Part shown: piece after piece, positions 1 to 9,079 of the stretch
How the letters are laid out: each line of letters begins with the position of its first letter
How positions within the stretch are numbered: the first letter of the stretch is position 1
From: Sarea resinae
Lineage: Eukaryota
NCBI GenBank assembly: GCA_026026165.1
Contig: JAPEUD010000051.1
Span: 169,006-189,005 of the forward strand
Reading direction: 5' to 3'
DNA length: 20,000 nt
Notes under the pieces: model-generated
What the model saw: only the letters and a program-made list of their open reading frames with translations
Database searches by the model: none
Told to the model about the DNA's origin: nothing
Position numbers and translations under genes: made by a program

Positions 1-68
1 CCGCGGCCATCACTTCTGTCGTTATCAGCGTCAACTCCGCACGGTGGTTCTCAGTTCACAGAGTCGCC

Positions 69-1585
69 ATGACGGCTCAACTTCCGCCAAATCTTCTGGC
101 CTTGTTCGCTCCAAGACCAGCTCTTCGATACCTGCCACCGAGTGACCATGCTCCTGAGGAGCGCAAAACAGCTCCTATCTCTGGGCTAGCCCAGTATCTG
201 GACAAACTCAACGAACCCGATGACTATACGCCTACCGAGAGCTGGCTACAGAGGAAAGACCGTTTGAAGCAAGAGAGAAAGGAAAAGCAGGAGAAGCAGG
301 TCACCGAAGGATTCGCAGAGTGTAAGTGTGGGCCACTGCTGACAACGTTTCGGTTGAATCGCTAATGTAATGAACTCAGATGACCCGACAAAGGATCCTC
401 AGGCTCGCGGAGATGCGTTCAAGACTCTGTTTGTTGCTCGATTGAGCTATGAGGCCAAGGAATCAGATCTCGAGCGCGAGTTCGGCAGATTTGGTCCCAT
501 CGAAAGAGTCAGTCTTGGAATACCCTCTGACGAATCATCATTTTCTAACCTCACGCTTGCACAGATCCGAATAGTTACTGATACCAACAGTGAAGGAGGG
601 AAGCCAAAGAAAAAGACTCACAGAGGCTATGCCTTTATTGTCTATGAGAGGGAGAAGGATATGAAGGGTATAGCAAACTCCATCCCCCCTTGTGGCTTGA
701 CCCAACACATGAGAGACTCAGTGGGCAAAGGTCTCCACATTCACAGAATGTCACCCTTTGTCAGGTACATGTTTATATGTTGGACTGGACTGACATCTGC
801 GCTTTGATATCTTTTTTCATTTAGCTGCTTACAAAGAAACCGACGGTATCCGCATCAAAGACAAACGAGTATTAGTCGACGTTGAGCGTGGCCGTACTGT
901 CAAGGGCTGGAGGCCAAGGCGCTTTGGGGGCGGGTTGGGCGGACGCGGGTACACCAAGGCAGCCCCTCCCAGGCCAGCTGGACCAGGGGGTTTCGGCCCA
1001 CCAGCAGGGCCCGGCGGCTTCAGAGGCGGCGGATTCCGTGGCGGCTTTGGTGGCCGAGGCGGCTTCCGCGGTGGTTTTGGTGGCGATCGAGGCGACCGTG
1101 GTCCTGGGGGCCGAGGAGGTATTGGGTATCAGGGAGGTGGGTTTGGTGGGCGTGGCGGCTATGGCGGACAATCAAACGGTTTCGCTGGTGGGCAGCCACC
1201 TCCAAACGCTCCTTCAGGACCTGGGGGTGGGAGAGGGCCTGGTGGGTATGGCCGAGGGTCCGATAGTCCGGCTCCCAGCACAAATGGTGGGTACGGTGAG
1301 CGTGGCGGTCGCCCTTATGAAGATAGGCCCCCTTATCGAGACAGAGGCGATAGAGGTGATAGAAGTGATAGGGGATATGGAGGCCGTGGCAGTGGCAGCA
1401 ACCGAGAGCCGGTAAGATCGCGAGATGGAGGAGGGTACAGAGACCGAGATCGCGACGGTGGCCGTGATGGTGGCCGTGATGGTGGCTATGGCAGTCGACC
1501 AAGAGACGACGATTATCCCCCCAGCAGGAAGAGGTATCACGACAACGATGGATATGACGACCCTCGAAGCAAACGAAGATATTAG
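69..1585 (+). CDS. SNP1: U1 small nuclear ribonucleoprotein 70 kDa (U1-70K), 4 exons: 69-321, 380-507, 565-667, 825-1585; ~414 aa
   Basis: N-terminus [20 protein letters not shown] with [10 protein letters not shown] (RNP2) and RGYAFIVY (RNP1), followed by [40 protein letters not shown], all diagnostic of U1-70K/SNRNP70. Introns 322-379 (GTAAGT..GCTAAT..CAG), 508-564 (GTCAGT..CTAAC..CAG) and 668-824 (GTATAG..CTGAC..TAG) give a continuous 1245-nt frame ending KRRY-TAG. RGG- and RD-rich C-terminal tail. Confidence 0.96.
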
Positions 1586-1651
1586 TATCAACCTGGTTCC
1601 GGTTTGTTAAACGACTATCTCATCTTTCAGCCTCCATTCTCTCTCAATTAT

Positions 1652-2070
1652 CGGGTAAGCCGAAGGGAATCTACGCATCCGCCTCTTTTCAGCCGACGGA
1701 CATCCTCAGAACGCGCTCTACGAGCTTCAAAGGTAGTCAAGCTCTCATCGGAGACACAGTCACCCCAAGGGCACTCGGATTCAGAAGTCGTCAATATTTG
1801 CTTATCGGCTACGCTTCCCTCGGTTGGTAGGGGTTAAGGATCAATGGTTTGTGAGGCGGTCATGTTTCGTTCCGAAGGATCTGATGTCCTTTGTTTTTTC
1901 GTGCTTCGGGTAGGTATCATTAAGGGTTAAAAGTGTAAAACATGGATGGTTCAGGTAAGGTCTTTGAGGTAAGACCGTCTAGTATCCTAGGCATCTGACT
2001 TGATGATCTTGTTTATCGTGTTACGTCTCGCACTGTACTCTGATCTGTATGAGGGGGTCCCATGGTAAGC
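1652..2070 (+). promoter_or_regulatory. Cluster of consensus 5' splice-site-like (U1 snRNA-complementary) motifs in the U1-70K 3' flank/UTR
   Basis: CGG|GTAAGC (GT at 1655), CAG|GTAAGG (1955), GAG|GTAAGA (1969), ATG|GTAAGC (2065), plus weaker GTAGTC (1733), GTAGGG (1827), GTGAGG (1851), GTAGGT (1910), GTATCA (1914), GTATGA (2047). The motifs are seen directly; a regulatory function is inferred. Confidence 0.55.
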
Positions 2071-2185
2071 AGCAAGGCATGGACAAGGATACTTTTATGC
2101 AACTCTATTGGGTCATGGCGTCGTTACTATGTACAATATCTTTCCCGGAAATTTCCTGGACTCCTCGGTAGACCTTTTCAACTAG

Positions 2186-3107
2186 TTATTCCTCCATCGC
2201 GTCAACTTCTTTGACCTCGTTCGTCGCAGCACTCCAATATCTGTGAGCTTATTAGCATGCAGATACAATCTTTTTGGGGGGGCGCATGGGATGCTTACGC
2301 CTTGATCTGGACCCTAAACTCGGCGGTCGCAACACCGAATAGCTTCAGAAGCGCTGTTTGATGACTATTCAGTACACTACCTTCTTTGCAGACGGTGTAT
2401 GGTTGATCCAGCGTAACCTTGCCCTTGACTAGGCTCGTTGGCATTCCCATTTTCCGTACGGTCTGCTCCAAAGAATGGGCCATTGGGACATCTTCTTCCG
2501 CGGGAATCTCACCACCCTGCGAGTACACCGTCCCTGCCGGAACGGTGAAGTCACGAGTTGCGTGAACACCGGCACGGGCAAAGTCTGTCTGAGCATATGT
2601 AGAGAAGTATGAAATGATGTCGTCGGTAGGTCGAGATGTGAAGAGGAGGCCCACATTGCCGACCAAGAACTATAGCAGAAATCAATAACATGTTGAGACA
2701 CGGCCACTTGAAGAAGATGGACGTACCTTGGAGAGCTTGCTGAGATTGGGCTCATATTCGTCCTCGACTGTGGTTCCCAGCGCCTTTGCCATGACTTTCG
2801 TCTTGCCAAAGAATAATCTACCCACGGGCATTCATGTTAGCACGACGGCCGATGGCATCCCCGATAGACCATCTACTGATCTCATAGGCGGGCAGAAGGT
2901 GAGGCAATAGACTGACCTGCTATCTGAGAACTCGGTCCTTACATCCTTCAGGTAGGTGTTCCGCATATTCTCGACGGAAAAGACGAAGCAGTACTGGTAC
3001 TTGTCCACACATTCTCGGACCTGCTTGAAGAGTTTCTGCGACAATTCCTTTCCCTTCTTCTCTACCTTGGACAGGTGAACGACCTTGGCGCGCTTCGACT
3101 TCGGCAT
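2186..3107 (-). CDS. MRT4: mRNA turnover protein 4 / ribosome assembly factor Mrt4 (uL10/P0 paralog), 4 exons: 3107-2917, 2817-2727, 2669-2299, 2240-2186; ~235 aa
   Basis: [87 protein letters not shown]. Introns 2818-2916, 2670-2726 and 2241-2298 are GT-AG with correct phases; total 708 nt. Confidence 0.95.
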
Positions 3108-3594
3108 GGTGAGAAGGGATTCAGATCTGCTATCGATAAGAGTGGCCGGCTTTGATAGTATCGCGATGCGATGCGATGCGATGTAGAGAATCGATTTGTG
3201 CCGTTTCGAAAATATGTCAAAAATACTATCGACATCGGCATCGGAGGAAGTTTTACGCGAGACTGCGGAGAATGGCCCGGCAAGGCACGACAAGATAGCC
3301 GATCCCAACCTTCAGACCGTGCGAGATGCTTCATGCTACCAAGGGCAGTCAGTGTTCCAAGTACTGATGGTGAGATACCGATCCAATTGGTCTTGCGCAT
3401 CATGTTATTAGTCCCGAACTGAACTCGAAGATGCCAATGAACCCAACGACCGTTCCGACTCGGTCAGATCGCTACGTCGAAGCTTGATCATGCGGCAGCG
3501 CAGACGACGATAATCGACTCTGTAAATTACGGATACTCTTTATATAAGAGGTCGTTGCTCCTAGAGCACGGCGCTTCGACTCAGGATACTCGAA
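3108..3594. promoter_or_regulatory. Divergent (head-to-head) promoter region shared by MRT4 and MDM10; TATA-like TATATAA at 3541-3547
   Basis: 487 bp between oppositely oriented start codons. TATATAA lies ~50 nt upstream of the MDM10 ATG, CCAAT motifs are present, and (GCGAT)4 is at 3163-3182. Confidence 0.55.
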
Positions 3595-4891
3595 ATGCTC
3601 GGATTCATGGACTACGTGCAGAAGGCTTTCTATGAAGCTTCCGAATGGAATCCAGACCATTCCTATGGTTCTTTGACGGCGACGGCTCGAGGTAGGCCAC
3701 CTCCGGCATGCCCGCAATGGACTGCAAGCTAAACCCTTGAACCACAGCTCTTCTAGACTTTGAGACTCCTCACGGCCTTCAACTCAACGTATCTTCTCTG
3801 TCGTCCCCCAATCTTGCGACTTCCTACAACCTCAGTAGTATCGGCGTCGTCGACGGATCGCTGTCATATCTTTACTCGTCTTTACCATTGCATTATACCT
3901 CCAGGAGCAAACTCATAGACCTCCACCATGTGATCCCTGGCTATCGGCATCTGCCGGAGCTGCGGCGACCAGATGAACCGTGGTGGTGGGAGATATGGCG
4001 CGGCGGCAAGAGAGTAGACCAGCAGCGTAAGAAAGATTCAGCTTCGGCCAGCCGTCGAACCAATATCCGCAATTGCTAATGCATTGAAATCCAGCCACCC
4101 TTCTCTATGGCCGACTTTTTCTCCCCCATTCAACCCTCGAAGCCCTCTACCTCCGTCGCATATCCCCCACCCTCCAACTCAAGGTTTCCTGCGTATCCGA
4201 TTCGCGCCTGAAAGACGGTGGCACGATCCTCGCCCTCCTCTCCCAGGACAAAGGCAAATACAGCACCGAGTACCTCTACAGCACCGACTCGGCACTCCTC
4301 GGCATCCGCGGCCTCTACAACTTCGGTCCGGATCCACGCGACCAACCCACCGTCGAGCCCAAGCCGACCTCCCCGGGCGAAGGCCCCTACGGCCGCTTCA
4401 GCGCCGGCGCCGAACTCTACTACGGCGTGCTCAACAAAAGCGGCGGCATGAGCACCGGCCTCCGCTTCACGACGCTGCCGCAGCACACGGGATTCCCTTA
4501 CACGATGACGCTCACGCTAAACCCACTGATGGGCAACGTGTCGTCGACGTACGCCGTCAAGGCCGGCAAGGCGCTGACGCTCTGCTCGCGCTTCAACTTC
4601 AACTTCTACTCGTACGAGTCCGACCTGCAGCTCGGCCTCGAGCTGTGGCGACGCCGACGGAAACCCGAGCTCGACTGGGTCTACGCGAAATTGGGCCGAC
4701 CGCGGCCCGAGGGGGGCGATGAGGACGTCGCCGGCGTTCTGAAGGCGAAGCTGGCTCAGGACGGTAGCATCGGCTTGCTCTGGGAGGGTCGCTTCAAGGA
4801 GCTGTTGTTCAGTCTCGGAGGCTGCTTCGATATCAGACGGCGGGATCAGCCATTCCGGGCCGTGGGCATAGAACTGCAGTATTCCTCCTGA
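3595..4891 (+). CDS. MDM10: Mitochondrial distribution and morphology protein 10 (outer membrane beta-barrel, ERMES/SAM component), 3 exons: 3595-3691, 3748-4026, 4095-4891; ~390 aa
   Basis: [134 protein letters not shown]. Introns 3692-3747 and 4027-4094 are GT-AG; 1173 nt in frame. Confidence 0.95.
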
Positions 4892-5548
4892 AAGTATATA
4901 TATCTTATAGGTTAGGCACCATTCAGCATAGCGTTTTGGCAATGTTCGTCCAATGCATGTGTTTTTTAAAAAAACTGCTGTTCTTTGCCTCGAGGCCACA
5001 TGTAGTCAAGTTGATCTCATATCTGCGTCAAGTAATACCATGGGAGCGAGGCCGCTGATCCAAATCATGAGTCCAAGTGCTCAACGTTTCGATGGCTAAA
5101 GTCGTCATGAGTGGATGCCAAAAACCGGCAGAAATCAAGACGCATCTAATGAGCAGTGGCCACATCTGCAGTGCATACAAGGCACGAGGGACACCGAGTT
5201 TATTTGAACCGATTTCAATACTTTTCTAGCATACGAGGAGGATGCGTGTACGTCCAGCAGTGAAACAGGAATATTTCCTTCCCTGATCAGAAACTATCCC
5301 ATTTGGAGCCGACGACAGCGGCAAGAACGACAAAATTCATAGCGCATAAACGTAACGACTGATTAGTAGAAGACCACCAATACAGTGGCCACCCCACAAT
5401 TCTCGTCCTACCCCATCTTCATCCTTTCCATTACGCATTACTCACCAAGTGTATGTTGTTCGCAACGGTGGTATCATGAAACAAAACAGTACTTTCCAGA
5501 ATAGCAACACGCAGAGTAGCAATTTTGGTTGCGTAGAAAGGAAAGTAT

Positions 5549-8500
5549 CTAGGCACTGCCGGTGAGGACCGGATTATGCGCACCCAGAAGAGTCTTACCC
5601 GACGAAGGGCCCGTTGGAGCTCCGTCGAGACCAGAGTCAATTGTACCATCAAGACCAGATGTGCCAGCGTGAGCGCCAGTCGTGTCGGCATTAGCGCCAG
5701 TCGCGTTTTTCAGAGAATAGTCCCCTTTCCCTGAGCTTCCAAAGGCCTGATCCACTTGATTGGTGAAACCAGCTGAGCCGTTGGTTGCCCCATAACCACC
5801 ATTCGCAGCACTGGTGCTACCATTGGTGACCCCATGACGAGACTTGCGAGAGATAGGAGAAACCTTCGGAACACCCGTGGACTCTTTAGCGGACCCGATC
5901 GAGAATACGGGTGACTCCCATTTGTTTCCTTTGGCAGCCAATTCTTTGTATTCGGTGGCCTTAGTGGATATCCCACCCGGAAGCTTGATGTCCTTGAAAA
6001 TAGAGTCATGTTGAGTTACAGCAACGTTGACTTTCTTGTCCTGGGCCACTTCTTGGCCCTTTTGCTTTCCTTCCATCACCTTCTTTTGAGCGGCTGATGC
6101 GTAACGAGAATAGATGTTCGGAGCATTTTCGGGATCGTTCTGAACCTCTTTTCCAGCACGTTCAGCCTCCTTATGGATCTCATATGCCAGAGCATCAAGC
6201 TGGTGAACTTGGTCCCGGATCTGCTTTTCGAGAACCTTTTGAATAGCAGGACGAATAACCTTGAAAAGCAAGGGCTTGAAGACAGAAAACAGAAGCTTGT
6301 GCTTAGACTGCTTCAGCTTGATGTTGAGATGCTTGACATCGACGTCCACTTTCTCAATCTTGAAAAAGTGTTGCGTATCGGTTTTGTCGGCAGTCGCGAG
6401 CTTAACCTTGAAGCTGAAACCTTGGCCACCCATGAAAATATCGGCAACGCCCTTGTCCTTGATAGAGGGGAACCCAGTCTTCTTGTTTACGTAGTAACTC
6501 ACATCTATATTCCAATTAGCTTTCGCCATAAAGCCTTATCGTAAAGGCATATTTACCTTTCAAGTCCATCTGGATGCCTGAAACAGAAAGCATGACCTTG
6601 TTGTTATTCTTGTTGCTGATGTGCTTGCGACCCCATCGGAAGTAATTGTCGCTCCCGAGCTCGAAGACGTTCGGTGCCAGATTATCGCTCTCAATCACAA
6701 GGTTCTCTACGATAGCGTCCATGGTAGGATCGCTGTACTCAATTCGGGGAATTGGCACATATCGAACACTCTCGAAGATCCCAGGGAGGATCACACCGGT
6801 AAGGTCCTTGATAAGATGCTTCTTGAAAGTCGGCTTACCATTCTCGTCATTACCAAGATCTGTGAAAAGCTTCTGCACAGCCTGACCAAACCGCTTATTC
6901 TGAGGATCAGCGTCAAATTGGTTGCCAAAATACTTGATCTCATCAATGACGTGATCGGTGTGAGCACGATAGCGGTCACGAAGAAGGTAGTTTCCGCGGT
7001 CGTAGAGTTTGTTATACTCTTCTGTAGCAGCATCCTCCAGAATGAAGCCCTGCTCTTTCAGACACTTGCGGATGTACGTGTCGACCTGCTTGAACCAATT
7101 TTTCAAATCCGGATCTCTGTCGGCATCGCGGTAAATAGTATTCACGGAATCAAAAAGATCGTCCAGAGACGTGCTATTGGCAAAGCGCTCGATCAGAGTC
7201 TTCGAAGAGGTTAGCAGAGTCTTTGTCGGCTGAAAAGCGAACTACATACCCGAAGGTCGGCTTCTGCAATACGAAGACTATCATCGCTATGCGCACCATC
7301 AACAGAACCCGCGCCTTGACGAGCGATGTTCTTGCTGTGTCCGCCATATGTCTCGGCCAGGTTCAACAAAGTCTCAATCGCATTGTAGTCTGTTCAGGAT
7401 ACCATAGTCAGTTTCCTATTTTGCTCGCAGGAGGGTATTACACTGACAGTCTGGATGGCCTTGAATCTCGACAATCATCTTCTTCAAGCGCCAGATAGTC
7501 TGGTCCCGACGCTCTTGCGGCATTTTGTCCGACAGGTACTCTTTGGCCTGACCAGTAGTGTTTCGAGCGCGGTCTTTCGTCTCATCTGGCACGTTCTCGG
7601 AAGCCTGGCCGCGCAACGTCTGAGCACCAGCCTTGGCCCCAGATTTGGCGTCCAGTCCAGAGGATGACCCCTGCTGCTGATCCCTTGCAGCGAGGTCGGC
7701 CGCATCGGCAGGGTCTCTGGAGCCAGTAGGGTGAGCTGATTGGGTCGCATTACCTGCGGCATTCTGCAGGTCTTGTCCTGAGACAGGCTTTTGCTTGTCC
7801 TTTTGACTCTTTATCTGGCTCTTGATATTGCCCGTGGACAAATCAGGAACATCATGCCAAGTATTGTCCTCAGCAGGCTTATCAATCTGGGACAGCTGCT
7901 CCTCAGAAGGGTTGACCTTGTTCGCGACATTCTGGGCAGCGTCACCAGCAATGTCGCGAAGGAGTACGGTCACATCGCTAACTACAAATAGGTCAGTAGG
8001 CATTGTAAACATAAGCAGTTAAAAGACTCACGAAGCTTTCTGAATTGGCCATTGGAGATGATCAATGTTCCAAGAGTCCTGAGACCTTCTAAGGCCTTGT
8101 TGCCATGTTGACGAGCCGTATCTTTATCGATTGGAGCTCCCGGTTTTTGCGCATCACCACCAGTAACTTGACTGGTCTGCCAGACGAAGTCTTGCAACAG
8201 ATTGCCGTCATTCTTTGTCAAGACAAGGTACTTTGCTTGTTCGATCACGTTACGAAGATCGGCAACTAGATCGCGACCCTCTTCAGAGAGCTTCTTGGAA
8301 GGGCTTGTCAAGGCTTTTGACGCAAGGGCGGTGTTAAGAGCAACATCGATTTGTTGATTCTGTGCAGACGGTGTTAGAAGAATGAAGGCGGCAAGAACGC
8401 GCGAGAAAACTTACGGATGGAACCTTTCCATTGGCAAAGGCTGCGATGAGAAAGTCAACATCAGTATCAAGCTCGTTATAAAGTCTAGGCGCGAGAGCCA

Positions 8501-8644
8501 GCTCCTGATTGATGGAACTCGCGTCTTGCTTAACGGGGTCAAAGAGGCCTTACCGGTGTAAATCCCATAGAATTGGAGCTTCTGATTCACATCTTGTTCC
8601 TTTTGCTTCACGTTGGTCGGTCTGTTGACCCCGGTAGAAGTCAT
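5549..8644 (-). CDS. Conserved fungal protein of the DUF5923/DUF4449 (HAM1-like, BPI-like fold; S. pombe C32A11.02c-like) family, 7 exons: 8644-8554, 8440-8415, 8359-8032, 7981-7448, 7389-7250, 7199-6557, 6504-5549; ~905 aa
   Basis: Spliced frame of 2718 nt with consistent phases: KLQFYGIYTAFANGKVPSNQQIDVALN..GNLLQDFVWQT..LIISNGQFRKLLSD..RLKKMIVEIQGHPDY..TLIERFAN..YVPIPRIEYSDP..IQMDLKDVSYYVNKKTGFPSIKDKGVAD..LPGGISTKATEY..WESPVF. Includes a 26-nt micro-exon and an AAG acceptor at 7200-7202. Family name recalled from motif similarity, not from a search. Confidence 0.85.
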
Positions 8645-8806
8645 GGTGACAGATGTGACGTCGCGTTAGCGATCACACGTATCCAGAAGCAACAGCGAGC
8701 TGGATTTATCGATAGAAAGATATCAAGATGGATGGGAGCGATGGTGGAGATGGAAAACAACACGATAGAAAGATGAGTGACGGTTTGGGGGTGCGTATTT
8801 TGGAGA

Positions 8807-8843
8807 GGGTGATGGTGAATGTGATGGTGATGGTGATGGTGGA
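8807..8843. repeat. (GAT/GGT)n low-complexity microsatellite in the purine-rich leader upstream of the 905-aa gene
   Basis: gggtgatggtgaatgtgatggtgatggtgatggtgg; reads (CAT/CAC)n and pyrimidine-rich on the transcribed minus strand. Confidence 0.7.
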
Positions 8844-9079
8844 TGGGAAAGGAAGAGAAGGCAGGAGATGATGGGAAGGGCAGCCACTTAGTTAAGCAAG
8901 GAATTGGCGCTATGGATTGGGTGCAGGCCAGTTTGCAGCAGCAGAGGCTACCTGTTGTGTACGGGGACAACAGGGACAAAAACAAGTCGTTTCTCGTCGC
9001 GCACGCACAGAAGCCACATCTCGAAAGAAGGAGCGTTCCTCGTTCCTCGTTTCTCGTTCCTCGTCTGCTCAGGGCAATT

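Noticed and set aside
872..1610. Several overlapping ORFs on both strands over the U1-70K last exon
   Set aside because: Shadow frames of GC-rich, repetitive Gly/Arg codons; no independent motifs.
1604..1837. 77-aa ORF after U1-70K as an independent gene
   Set aside because: TTG start and no recognisable domain; considered only as a possible alternative spliced tail.
3108..3308. N-terminal extension of MRT4 suggested by ORF 2832-3308
   Set aside because: Begins at a non-ATG codon; the conserved Mrt4 N-terminus MPKSKR starts at 3107.
4084..4999. Long alternative-frame and antisense ORFs over MDM10 exon 3
   Set aside because: Expected from high GC3 codon bias; the MDM10 frame explains the sequence.
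6173..8022. Plus-strand ORFs antisense to the 905-aa gene
   Set aside because: Antisense shadows of a codon-biased gene with no homology signal.
8641..8985. His-rich uORF overlapping the start of the 905-aa gene
   Set aside because: TTG start; the poly-His comes from a (CAT/CAC)n microsatellite.
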